Shown: positions 37,510-50,050 of the stretch, piece by piece
Numbering within the stretch: position 1 is the stretch's first letter
How the letters are laid out: each line of letters opens with the position of its first letter
Source: Scyliorhinus canicula
Taxonomy: Eukaryota
Direction of reading: 5' to 3'
Assembly: GCF_902713615.1 (NCBI RefSeq)
Contig: NC_052163.1
Location: forward strand, 84,555,721-84,619,720
DNA length: 64,000 bases
The notes under the pieces: generated by a model
The model's database searches: none
What the model was told of the DNA's origin: nothing
The model's input: the letters and a program-made list of their open reading frames with translations, nothing else
Translations under genes and position numbers: made by a program

Positions 37510-37685
37510 TAGGGAGCAGGTGAAGCAAATAGTATAGGAACATTCAAGGGGAAGTTGGACAAGCATTTGAGAGTAGGAAGGGAATGGGGGGTTATGATAG
37601 TAGATTTAGACGAGGAAAGGTGGGAGGAGGCTGCAATGGACCATAAATACCAGCACAGACTGTTGGGCTGAATGGCCTGTTTTCC
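37510..37685 (+). mobile_element. CR1/HER1-type 3' end fragment
   Basis: AGCAAATAGTATAGGAACATTCAAGGGGAAGTTGGACAAGCA..TTGGGCTGAATGGCCTGT. Confidence 0.6.
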
Positions 37686-38312
37686 CACCATGCTGGGGAC
37701 ATGGCCTGGATTCAAGGTGTGTATTTGTGGCTGTTTTCAGTCCATACCTGATATTGAATTGTTCTGGGACATGTTGGCTCTTGTTGGATGAAGTAAATGA
37801 AGTGAAGAATCAAACATAGTTATATCGAGTTCCACATTCATATTGCTGCGCTCAGCATGTCATTGAAATTCAACTCTGAGAGAGTGTGAATCTACAGCAT
37901 AAAACATGCATGTAACCTGTGTAAGTATGTAATTACAACTCACTTAAATATTGAAGGGGATTGGGCTGAAACAAAACTGCATTAAAATGGTAGCTTCACC
38001 CAATCAGATTAAATATGACTTTATGCAGCTCAAACCAGTTTCCCCCAGTGGGTGAAACTAGCAAACACCTGGTGTTCCAGCAGGAACTGTGCAATATTAT
38101 TTTAAGGAGAGGGACTGTCCAGAACAGTCAACGCCTCCAGATCAGTATCTGATACCAGCATTACACAAATATCTTGGTTTCTGCATCTGTCAGACACTCA
38201 CTGTTTAAAAAGATATTTGTCTCTGGTACAATGGGGTATCTCAGCAAGCTCAAATGTAACAAGAATTGCATCAGAATTTCTGCCATGTTTGTTTCTTGGT
38301 CAGCTCAGATCT

Positions 38313-41300
38313 TTTAAAAAAAAATGTTTTAATGAACAATTTTACTGAGGTATTTTTGGGTTTACAATGACAAAATAAACAATGTACATGAGTCTATAAA
38401 CATAGTGCTTGCTTCTTCCCTTACAGGTCCCATCTTTATTAACCCCCTACTCAAAGCTAAACTAACACCCCCACCTTCTGCTGACGATTAATTTTCCGCA
38501 AAGAAGTCGATGAACGGTTGTCACCTCTGGGTGAACCCTAACAGTGACCCTCTCAAGGCGAACTTGACTTTAACGAAAAAGAGAAAGCTAGCCATGTCCG
38601 ATAGCCAGGTCTCCGACTTCGGGGGCTTTGAGTCCCTCCAAGCTAATAATATCCGTCTTCCGGCTACCAGGGAAGCAAAGGGCACAGCGTCTGCCTCTTT
38701 CTCCTCCTGGATTCCCGGGTCTTCCGACACCTCAAAAATCGCCACCTCTGGACTCAATGCCACCCTTGTTTTTAATACCGTGGACATGACATCTGCAAAG
38801 CCCTGCCAGAATCCCCTGAGCTTTGGGCATGTCCAAAACATGTGGACATGGTTCGCTGGCCCTCCACACACCTTGCACATCTCTACCCCAAAGAACCTGC
38901 TCATCCGGGCCACTGTCATGTGAGCCCGGTGCACGACCTTAAACTGCACAGGCTGAGCCTGGCGCATGTTGTGGACGCGCTGACTCTACCCAACGCATCC
39001 GCCCAGAGACCATCCTCTATCTCTCCTCCTAACTCCTCTTCCAATTTGCACTTCAGCTCCTCAGTCTGTGAGTCCTCTGACCCCATGAGTTCCTTATAGA
39101 TGTCAGAGACCTTCCCTTCTCCCACCCACACTCTGGAAACTACCCTATCCTGTATCCCCCTTGGTGGTAGGAGCAGGAAGGTTGAGGCCTGCCTACGTAA
39201 GAAGTCCCACACTTGCAGGTACCTGAATTCATTTCCCCTCACCAATCCAAATTTCCCCTCCAGCTCCCTCAAGCTAGGAAAGCTCCCCTCTGTGAACATA
39301 TTCCCCCATCCTCTCAATTCCTGCCCTCTGCCATCTCCAAAACCCCCCGTCTATCCTTCCCAGGGCAAACCGGTGATTATTACAAATTGGAGACCAGACC
39401 GATGCTCCCTCCGCTCCCACATGCCTCCTCCATTGCCCCCAGACTCTCAGGGCCGCCACCACCACGGGGATGATGGAGTACCGTGCCGGCGGGAACAGCA
39501 GAGGCGCCGTTATTAATGCCCCCAAACTGGTGCCTTGCATGAAGCCACCTCCATACGCTCCCATGCCGACCCTCCCCCCCTCCACCCACTTCCTAATCAT
39601 GGCTATATTCGCTGCCCAATAATAGTTATGAAGTTTGGCAGCGCCAGCCCGCCCTTCCACCCCCCCGGCTCCGCTCAAGGGTCCCCTTTGTTACTTGCGG
39701 GGTTTTGCCCGCCCATACAGAGCCAGTGAAAACTTTGTTAACCCGTTTTAAAAAGGACCGCAAACATCGCACTTTTCTCCATATTTAGTTTGTACCCTGA
39801 AAACCAGCCAATTTCCCCCAGAATCCTCATTATTTCTTCCATCCGCTCTACTGGGTCAGATACATACAAAGCAGGCCGTCTGCGTAAAGCGAGACTCTGT
39901 GTTCCAGTCCCCCCCCCCGAACCAGCCTCTTTCAGCCCCTCAAGGCTCTTAGTGCAATTGCCAATGGCTCTATAGCTAACGCAAACAACAGTAGGGAGAC
40001 GGGACATCCCTGTCTCGTCCCCCGATGTAGCTTAAAATAGTCCGATGCTGTCCTGTTCGTCTGTACGCTCGCCACAAGAGCCTGATACAGTAACCTTACC
40101 CAGTCAATAAAGTCCCACCCAAATCCGAACCATCCCAGTACCTCCCACAGATATTCCCATTCTACTCGATCAAAAGCCTTCTCTGCGTCCATTGCGACCA
40201 CTACCTCCACCTCCCTACCTCCTGGGGGCATCATGATCGCATTTAGCAGCCTTCTTACATTGGCCACCTACTACCTTCCCTTAATGAACCCCGTCTGGTC
40301 CTCCCCAATCACGTCCGGAACACAATCTTCAATCCCAGAGGACAAAATTCTGGCCAGTGACATCGTCGGGGGAAACACCCCTCTCTCCCTAGCCTCATTG
40401 AATGTCCTCATCAACAGCGGTCCCAATAATCCAGAGAACATTTTATAGAACTCCACTGGGTACCTATTCAGCCCCAGGGCTTTACCCACCTGCATGGCCT
40501 TCAGCCCCTCCGCTATCTCTTGGATCCCGATCGGGCCCCCAGCCCTTCTACCAACTCCGCGTCCACCTTCGGGAAATTCAGCCCCCTAGGAAGTGCCTCA
40601 TGGGGCACCGGCCCAGATGGGGGTTTCCGACCAGTACAGCCTACTCTAAAACTCCTTAAACACCTTATTCACCCCTGCTGAATCTCCAACCAGGTTCCCA
40701 TCTCTGTCATTTACTTTCCCTATCTCCCTGGTTGCCTCCCTCTTTCCAAGCTGATGTGCAGCCATTCTGCTGTCGTTCTCTCCGTGCTCATAAATTGCCC
40801 CCTCATCTTTCTCAGCTGCTCTACCGTCCTTCCTGTGGTTAACAAGCCAAACTCCGCCTGTAGCCTCCGTCGGTCCCTTAAAAGTCCTGCCTCTGGGGGC
40901 TCCGCATACCTCCTATCGACCTGTAGTATCTCCTTCACCAGTCAGTTTTTCTCTGCCCTGTCCATCTTCTCCTTATGGGCCCGTATAGAGATCAGCTCCC
41001 CTCTAACCACCGCCTTCAATGCCTCCCAGACCATCGCTGCCAAAATTTCCCCCGTGTCATTGACCTTCAGGTAGTTCTGAATACATTTCCTCAACTGCCC
41101 GCACACCTCTTCGTCCGCTAAAAGTCCCACGTCTAGTGTCCAGTGCGAGCGCTGGTTACTGTCTTTACTAACCTGTAGGTCAACCTACTGCGGAGCATGG
41201 TCTGAGATTGTGATCGCCGAGTAACCCGTGTCCACCACCCCCATCAGTAGAGCCCTGATCAGAATAAAGAAATTAATCCGGGAGTACACTTTATGCACGT

Positions 41301-43741
41301 GTGAGTAGAAGGAGAACTCCTTCACTCCTGGCTGCCCAAATCTCCATGGGTCAACCCCTCCCCCTCCATCTGCTCCATGAACCCTTTTAGCTCCTTAGCT
41401 ATTGCATGATGGATATATATTAGCCTTATTTCAGTCAAGAAGTTCTGCATGTAATAGCAGAAGGTCAGTCCATGTAAACAAGTGCACAGCTGCACATTGT
41501 TGCTGACAGCAGACAATTGTTATGGCTCGTAGACTACGAATTCAAGGCCTGTTGTTTAACGCTGCTCGCTTTTCTGTCTCTGGCCTTATCAAAGGAATGC
41601 CTCGTTTTTCTAAATATTGCTTATTGAACAATATAAAGTACTGCCTTGCCTTTGTACAGTGGGGAACAATTAGAAGGACTTTGGTCACTCTACCTCCCTC
41701 CACGAACTTCGTGTTAAATAAAGGACCTTTGGCGAAAACTCGAAGTGCTGGTATTTTTTCCTCAACAAACACCACTTGCTTGTTGATCAGGATCGCGACC
41801 CCTCTAGTCTTCGAGTGAAAAACCTGTCCGACACAACCTTTCCTTAATCTAATCTGGTCAGCTACTCTAAGGTGCGTCTCCTGCAGCATTACCACATCCG
41901 CCTTTAGTCCTCTCAAATGCGCGAACACGCATGCCCTCTTGACCGGCCCACTGAGCCCTCTTACCTTCCAGGTGATCAGCCTAGTTGGAGGGCTCTCCGC
42001 CCCCCCTTTGCCGATCAGCCATCCCCTCTCTTGGGCCAGCCACCAGCCCGGGCCCCATGCCTCCACCGGCCCAGCCCCAGGCAGCCACCGCCCCCGACCT
42101 CCTCTCTGTCCCTCAGCTAAAGTCCCTCCCTCATGAGCAGAACATTTTCCGCCCCTCTCCCTTTGATAAGCCTAACATCTGCTCACCCCCACTATGATTC
42201 CGCAAGCTAGCCCGCCCAGCTAGCCTGGTGGCCCTCGCCCCTGGCGCCAGACCTTCTCCCACCTATTGATCCCCACCCTCCTGCTCACACATACATATTC
42301 AAATGAAAAACAATCCCAACACAACTGCCCGACAGAGAAAAAATAACCAAGTTGAACAAAGAAAAGGTCAGGCAAAAGATCCAGCATCTGAACAAACACA
42401 ACTCCATCCCCCAACAGTGCAAATATAAACTTTAACTCACTCAGCTCTGCAACTGGCCCAAGATCAATATAGCAGGCATAACAAATAACGTCGGCAAAAC
42501 ATTGGATCAATAATTGGCTAGCTAAAAGAATACAGAGGGTGGTGGTTGATGGCAAATGTTCATCCTGGAGTTCAGTTACTAGTGGTGTACCGCAAGGATC
42601 TGTTTTGGGGCCACTGCTGTTTGTCATTTTTATAAATGACCTGGAAGAGGGTATAGAAGGATGGGTTAGTAAATTTGCAGATGACACGAAGGTCGGTGAA
42701 AGGCAAGAAACTTTTTTTTAAAAACATAAACGTTGCAGCAGAGTTCAAAGTTCTCAGTCTGACACCAGTCCTTTCCTTTTCGCGAAATCCAGCGCTTCCA
42801 TAAGCGACTCGAAATAGAAATGTTGTTCCTCGTATGTGACCCAGAGGCTGGCCGGATATAACAGCCCGAAATTCACCTTTTTCTTGAAAACAGTCGACCT
42901 GATCTGGTTAAATCCCACTCTTCTCCTGGATACCTCCACACTCAGGTCCTGATAGATCCGCAGGATACTGTTGTCCCATTTATAGCTCCGTATCTGCTTG
43001 GCCCACTGTAAAATATGCTCCTTATCCAAATACCTGTGGAATCCCACCGCCATTGCCCTCTGGGTCTCTCCCATTAGCGATTTCCACGCAAGTGCTCTGT
43101 GAGCCCTGTCCACCTCCAAGGGTCACGAGAATGCCCCATCCCCCAGCAGCTTCTCGAACATGGCCGCTATGTATGCCCCAGCGCCTGCTCCTTTGGACCC
43201 CTCCGGGAGTCCGACTCTCAAGCTCTGTCAGCGGGACCTGTTCTCTAGGTCCTTTTCTGCTGGTCTCTCAGCATCCCTACCTCCAGCTCCACCGCTGTTT
43301 GATGTTCCTCCTGATCAGCCAGCGCCTTCTCTACTTTCTGGATCGCCTGATCTTGGCCATCCAATCTAAGCTCCAGCCGTGCAATTGCCTCTTTAATCAG
43401 GTCCAAGCAGTCCCGTTTCTGCTTGGCGAAGCCCTCCTGGATAACTTGCATCAGCTGCTCCGTTGACCACTGGGTCGACAAGCCAGAGGTCCGGTCCTCC
43501 GCCATGCTGTCTCCCGGTGCCGCTTCAGCCCAAGCCTTCTCTGTCCTTCTGTTTCTGCCTTTACGAGCGCTTCTAGTCCAACTCTCCATGCACCTATATG
43601 GGAATCTAGTACACAATTGCCTCTGTCATCGATTTTTCAAATCAATTCGAGTACAAAATCGGGGGAAAAGGTCCAAAAGTCTGACCCGAGTGGGAGCCAT
43701 CAAATGTGCGACTTACTCCTTCATTGCCGCCACCGGAAGTC
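38313..43741 (-). mobile_element. L1/Tx1-clade LINE copy D, full length with deletions and internal inserts
   Basis: TSD GTCAGCTCAGATCT (38299-38312, 43742-43755); 5' GACTTCCGGTGGCGGCAATG; ORF1 (EVDRAHRAL..LRIYQDLSVEV), EN (LITWKVRGLSGPVKR..MLQETHL), RT (QGCPVSLLLF). Confidence 0.93.
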
Positions 43742-43758
43742 GTCAGCTCAGATCTAAT

Positions 43759-44184
43759 GGCCAGGATTCTCCGACGAGTTTGGCCGAGTCACGCTGGCGT
43801 GGGTTACGTATGGTCCCACAAGGCGGGACCTGGAAGTTCTGGCTGCGGAGGCCATCCTGGTGGGGGGGTGGGGCTTCCACAGCGGCCTGGCCCACAATCG
43901 GGGCCTACCGATCGGCGGGCGGGCTGGTTCCGTGGAGCCCTATGTTCCTCCGCGCTGGGCCCCTGTAAGGCTCCGCCATATTGCCCGGGGGCAGGCGCGG
44001 AGACGGGAGCCCACGCGCATGCACAAACTCGTGCGTGCTGGAGCAGAGGAGACCATTCTGGCGCCGACCTATCCCCCTGGAAGGGGTGCATACCTGACAA
44101 TTGAGGACCGTTGATGCCGGAGTGGTTTGCGCCGCTTTTCACGCCGGCGTCAGAACTTGGCCGCGGGATTGAAAAATCCCGGCC
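43759..44184. mobile_element. PIF/Harbinger-type MITE with TSD AAT
   Basis: TIRs GGCCAGGATTCTCC / GAAAAATCCCGGCC; AAT on both flanks. Confidence 0.85.
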
Positions 44185-45199
44185 AATGTGTCTCTTTTGT
44201 GGGGACCACAAATTAGAATTGTATTTTGGAGCCAGCAGGGAGATGAATTAAGGGATTGCCATGTCCACTCTGAGCATTGACTTTCTAACTTTGAGAAAGG
44301 AATACATTTTACTTTTTAAGTTTCTTGGTTTATTGGACCTGGCAACTTCATTCACTGAACACCCTGGGTTCAGTTTAACTGGGCTGCGATCACTATTTAA
44401 TTTGCCTCTCATTATATTGCCTAAGTTTTATTTCCTCTCCATCAAAGGTATGGGAGAAAAATTCATCAAGGTGAACAATGGTCTTCACTTCAATATCATC
44501 CATTTTACATCTTCACCCAAACGTAAAAATACTCAAATGCATGATTTTATTCTTTCTCTGGTTGGATTTTTGTTCCTTTTTTTTGGATCGAATGGCTGGA
44601 TTCTCCATTTCCGAAACGAAGTGTTGATGCCGGCACAGGATTTGTGGCATTCCACAACAGCAAAACTGGTGCTGCACCTGGACCGATTCAGCTACTGTTA
44701 AAGGACTAGCACTGACGCCACATGGAACACAATCGATTCCGATGAGAAACGGTGCGGGATTTGCTGGTTTCACGATTGACACTCAGGAGGCTGACAAGCT
44801 GCTGCCGCATATATACACTCCAGTCTCCACACACACCATCCCAGCTAACAAAATGGCAGCAAGACCCTCGGCACCACGCTTCACTGGCGCTGAGCTGGAG
44901 ACCTTCCTGGACGCGGTGGAGGAGAGGCAGGTCACCCTGTTTCCTGGCCCAGGAAGGAGGCTGTGGTGATTGTGTATCAGTGTGGATGCAATACAACTGA
45001 GCAAGCACTAGAGGGAGCACGGGAGAGCTATAAATACAGAGGGACAGGAAGTGAGGGCACACTTCACAGAAGGGGGGCTTGGCAGCAGGACAGGCAGGCA
45101 GCATTTGAGGTAGCTGTAAGTTAAGCTCTGAAGACAGAACAAATTCACAATAAAGAATCATCTCCAACTTTGAGACTACGAGCTTTATTAAGACACAAG

Positions 45200-45560
45200 G
45201 GGCAGCAGGGTAGCATGGTGGTTAGCATAAATGCTTCACAGCTCCAGGGTCCCAGGTTCGATTCCCGGCTGGGTCACTGTCTGTGTGGAGTCTGCACGTC
45301 CTCCCCCTGTGTGCGTGGGTTTCCTCCGGGTGCTCCGGTTTCCTCCCACAGTCCAAAGATGTGCGGGTTAGGTGGATTGGCCATGCTAAATTGCCCATAG
45401 TGTCCTAAAAAAGTAAGGTTAATGGGGGGGGGGGTTGTTGGGTTAGGGGTATAGGGTGGATATGTGGGTTTGAGTAGGGTGATCATGGCTCCTGCACAAC
45501 ATTGAGGGCCGAAGGGCCTGTTCTGTGCTGTACTGTTCTATGTTCTATGTTCTATGTTCT
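45200..45560 (+). mobile_element. V-SINE (HE1-like) inserted in the 5' LTR
   Basis: TSD ACAAG (45195-45199, 45561-45565); absent from the 3' LTR. Confidence 0.93.
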
Positions 45561-45642
45561 ACAAGAAACAACACATGGTACCAAGGAGTGACGTCAGACG
45601 CTTACTACAAGACAACTCAGCTGCAGACACAGAAAGACCAAG

Positions 45643-46881
45643 ATGGCAAGAACTCCTACCGGGCATTGGAATTGGGAAGACCTCGCTTATTCGATGATGT
45701 GGGTTGGAACCCCACCTCAGCTGGACCTAACCGGTAGTGAAAGTAATGTCTGGAAAAGATTTAAACAAGTGTTCGATATATATATTGTAGCTAATGATTT
45801 AGCAGCAGCCTCAGACGAAATGAGCATGCTCATTGCAGGACATGGAGCTCGAAAAGTATATAATGGCTTTAAATACTCAAAAGCTGAAGACAGCAACAAC
45901 TTACAAATAATACTAAAAGAATTTGAAGAATACTGTATGGAATTTGAACAGCACTGTATGTTCATAGGCCAAACTGTACAAAGACTGAATGATGCAAAAC
46001 TCAAACAATCACTATCAGAACAAAAAGGGTTCAGTCAAGAAATCGCGAGTGAAAAGTACAGATCAAAAGGAAGAAGTAACTTGAATTTTTCAAAGAGACA
46101 AAACGCTGAGGTCCAGTTCAGATCGAAAGGAAAAGTTAACTTACACTTTCCAAAGGTAAAGAACGCTGAAATCCGCTGTAAAATGGCGTCGGAGCACATT
46201 TTACAGTCTCGGGGCCACAACGGACAAAAATCTGCATCTGCGCATGCGCAGGAAACAGAAGCCGCGCATGCGCAGTTACAATCACCAGTTTTGCGTTCTG
46301 CGCATGCGCAGTTTAAAAAAGTTCTTGTTGCTGATGGTTATGCACATGCGCAAGCCGCGCATGCGCAGTGGACACAAAACCGCACAGTAAAGGAAGGCCA
46401 ATTTGCGCATGCACGATTGATTCCTATGCATAACGTCACGAGCGTCGTGACATCTGAGGATCCGGACCACGCCCACTTAAAAGGGAAATGCCCGAAAATT
46501 AAAAACAAGATATTTAAAGCTGTAAAACACAATTTTCTTGCCTCAGAAGACAGAAAAACGGCTGAACTTAAACCAACAGTTGAAAATAACTCTCGCAACA
46601 CCCTGGAAAAAGCAGTCTGCGCCACCCAAAGTGAAGAGAACAAAAAAAAATCCAAAACTAAAAAAGATGATTTGTTTTTCGAACAATACTACTCAGACAT
46701 GGCTGAGTTATTCGGATATGCAAAAAATTATGAATACAACGATACCAAATCCAAAGCAAAAAAAGATGATTTGTTTTTCGAACAATACTACTCAGACATG
46801 GCTGAGTTATTCAGATATGCTGATCACAGCATCAGCGACACCGTCGCAAAGCTCAACACGAATCTACTCGTGGTAGATTAA
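45643..46881 (+). CDS. Gag-derived ORF (412 aa) with AHAQ and 33-aa repeats
   Basis: N-term PPQLDLTG..VWKRFKQVFDIYI..GARKVYNGFKY..ILKEFEEYC resembles Ty3/gypsy Gag N-termini; C-term is repetitive. Confidence 0.65.
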   Translation: MARTPTGHWNWEDLAYSMMWVGTPPQLDLTGSESNVWKRFKQVFDIYIVANDLAAASDEMSMLIAGHGARKVYNGFKYSKAEDSNNLQIILKEFEEYCMEFEQHCMFIGQTVQRLNDAKLKQSLSEQKGFSQEIASEKYRSKGRSNLNFSKRQNAEVQFRSKGKVNLHFPKVKNAEIRCKMASEHILQSRGHNGQKSASAHAQETEAAHAQLQSPVLRSAHAQFKKVLVADGYAHAQAAHAQWTQNRTVKEGQFAHARLIPMHNVTSVVTSEDPDHAHLKGKCPKIKNKIFKAVKHNFLASEDRKTAELKPTVENNSRNTLEKAVCATQSEENKKKSKTKKDDLFFEQYYSDMAELFGYAKNYEYNDTKSKAKKDDLFFEQYYSDMAELFRYADHSISDTVAKLNTNLLVVD

Positions 46882-49309
46882 TCCAACACCATGGTGCTAT
46901 GGCAGATCGTCGATACATTGGATGACAGCAATACCCAAGACGAAGACGATGCCACACAGAGAGCACAGAAAGACTCAGAGGGACAGGAAGTGAGGGTGAT
47001 GAAAGACTCCACAAAGAGAGTGACGCGAGCCTCCACAGACAGCTCGTTGAAAGACTCCAAAATGGAAGCAAGCAAACACTCCCTGGCGAACACCATGCAT
47101 GAACAAGACCATGAACGTCAACCCACCGTCTCTGAGCAACCGCAAGCAGACTATGAAAGTCTACCAAGCTCACATAATCAAGAAGAAGACAATGTAAATC
47201 TACCCACTGCATGCGAAAACAGTGACAAGGTGATCACAAGGTGACTCGACATACAGGAGGTGCAGGATCACTGCGAGACTGACAGTTCTCAGCTCGTCTG
47301 TACAGAAGCACAGAGTAGGACCACCCAAGAGTCCAGAGAGACCACACCAATAGAAACCATTCAGATTTTGACTCCAGAAGAGGAGCACCATGAGTCCAGA
47401 GAGACCACGTCAATAGAAATCATGAAGATTTTGACTCCAGAAGAGGAGCAACAAGACCAACAAGAAAATTAAATCGTAACGAATTTGACTCCAGAAGATG
47501 AGCACCAAGAAAGCAAAAGAGATTAATTAAATCCACCACAAATTACTCCAGAAGAGGAGCACAAAGGAAACAAGGAAGAGGAAGCAAATCCACCACAAAT
47601 GACTGATGTCATCAGCATCAATGCAACATCAGATCATTCTCACCATTCTCTAGACAAAAGGTTCAATGTAACAGACACCACAAAGGACACTCGCACCAAT
47701 AACTGTGACAATGACTCAAATTATCCACACAGGACACTCATTGAGCACAACAAGAAAAACAAAAGCCACAAGAAGCACAGCAGAAACGAGAACAACAACA
47801 AAAACTACAAGCACAACGACAAAAACTCCAAGAACAACAAAACCAACAAGTAGCATAACAAAGATAGCGACAACAACAAAGACAGAAATGACAAAAACAG
47901 CAACAAGAACGACAACGAAAACAACAAAGACAGGAACGACAGAAACAACAGCAATGAAACAACGACTTGTACAAAATGGTACAACTCTGCACATGAAGGA
48001 CAATGCCACAGTACGCTGCAAAACAATGACAAGACTACAAACGTGCCATGGGATGACAACGAATCGCACAAACTCACATCTGCTCCAGAACAAGCAAGCA
48101 CACCAGCTTTCAAGGCAGATGACATACTAAATTGATACCACAAGCACAGAAAAAAAAGTCCATGTCAGTCAACATCAGTGGTTCGACTATGCAAACACCG
48201 AGGGATGACGTATTGGTTACTTAAAATAACAAGAACACCGACAACATTCACAACGGAGTTGCAATATCAATATCACCACGTCAACAACAAAAAAAGAAAA
48301 CTCAATGAACAAATTCATCAAGTTTGGACTCACAAATGTTTTTATTAAGATTGGACTCATAAATATAAATTGGCTTTGTAAAATATGCAATAGCATCATC
48401 ACTTGTATCGATGCACATATCATAAGTAATCTAACTGTTTTGTACAATTTTCTTTAACGATGTACAGAAAATATGTAAAGAAAAAAGGGGGGATGTGGTG
48501 ATTGTGTATCAGTGTAGATGCAATACAACTGAGCAAGCACTAGAGGGAGCACGGGAGAGCTATAAATACAGAGGGACAGGAAGTGAGGGCACACTTCACA
48601 GAAGGGGGACTTGGCAGCAAGACAGGCAGGCAGCATTTGAGGTAGCTGTACGTTAAGCTCTGAAGACAGAACAAATTCACAATAAAGCATCATCTCCAAC
48701 TTTGAGACTACGAGCTTTATTAAGACACAAGAAACAACACAGAGGCTGCCACCCGCCGCCATTCGCCATGCCTGGTTGCATATGGCGGAGGTGGTCAGTG
48801 CCACCAATAACACTGTGCGGACCGGTCAGCAGTGCCTGAAAAACTGCACAACCTCCTTAGGGCGGCCAGGATGAGGAGGCAACAGCGTGCCTCTGGCACT
48901 AACCCTGTCCCACACACCCGTAAACCTACCCCCTCTCCCCACAACCCGGAGGGTGGCTGAACCCCCACCATGGAACACATGTCGGTACCCATACTGGCTG
49001 GCATGGCCGGGTGCCCGGGCCACTGAGGCCACCAGCTACCCACCCCCTGGGCTGCATGCGTCAGACTGTCGAACAGTGTCATTTTCCGTTTGGCGCCCGC
49101 CCCCGCCCCCGCCAGGAGAAGACCGCCCATAACCGCCGTGAGTGGGAAAAAACAGAGGTGGACCGCCGGACCTGTAGCCCCTCATTGTGGCAGAGCAGAG
49201 GGCCCTGGACGTGGTCGGTGGCCAAGAGGAAAGGGAGGTCGCCGGGGTGGAGGTCGGCTGCGGGCAAGGAAGTGAGTTCCCCGTGTCACGTGTGTCAACC
49301 ACCCCCCCC

Positions 49310-50050
49310 AACACCACCCTCACCACCACCCTCACCCCCACACCACGCTCACTCCCACCCTCACCACCACCGCACCTCTACCCTCACCCTCACCAACCCC
49401 GCACCTCCACCCTCACCCTCACCACCACCGCACCTCTACCCTCACCCTCACCAACCCCGCACCTCCACCCTCACCCTCACCACCACCGCACCTCTACCCT
49501 CACCCTCACCAACCCCGCACCTCCACCCTCACCCTCACCACCACCGCACCTCTACCCTCACCCTCACCAACCCCGCACCTCTACCTTCACCCTCACCACC
49601 ACTGCACCTCTATCCTCACCCCCACACCCACCCTCACCCCCACACCACCCTCACTCCCACCCTCACCCTCACCACCACCGCACCTCTACCCTCACCCTCG
49701 CCAACCCCGCACCTCTACCCTCACCCAACACCCACCCTCACCCCCACCCTCCCCTTCCCCACCCTCACCCTCACCAACCCTGCTGCTCCACATTACCCTG
49801 ACCCCCAATCTCACCCTACATCACCCTCACCGTCACCATTCCCGCACCCCTACCCTCACCCCGACCCTCACCCTACACCACTCTCACCCTCAACACCCCT
49901 GCGCTACCATACATCCCTCACCCCCACCCTCACCCTACACCATCCTCACCATCCCCATACCCATAGCCTGACCTCACCTCCACCCTCACCCCCATCCTCA
50001 CCCTCACCCCCACCCTCACCCCCACCCTCACCCCCACCACCCCCCTTCCC
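49310..50050. repeat. C/A-rich minisatellite: (CACCCT)n background with an alternating 29+29-bp higher-order unit
   Basis: Units ACCCTCACCCTCACCAACCCCGCACCTCC and ACCCTCACCCTCACCACCACCGCACCTCT alternate about four times; lies in intron 2 of the Myb gene. Confidence 0.92.

Larger units (their letters stand above)
44962..48741 (+). mobile_element. Non-autonomous Ty3/gypsy-type LTR element (gag N-term only)
   Basis: TSD GAGGC. LTRs TG..CA: 5' 44962-45575 (contains SINE), 3' 48494-48741 (248 bp), 5 differences. PBS TGGTACCAAGGAGTG (resembles tRNA-Leu UAA); PPT AAAGAAAAAAGGGGGGA; no PR/RT/IN motifs. Confidence 0.93.

Noticed and set aside
47320-47600. Regularly spaced repeats (GACTCCAGAAGA) suggestive of a CRISPR-like array
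   Set aside because: In-frame 51-63-bp tandem duplications without unique spacers, in eukaryotic TE context.
47705-48143. Thr-rich, Val-rich and Cys-rich ORFs in several frames
   Set aside because: Alternative readings of one AAC-rich low-complexity tract.
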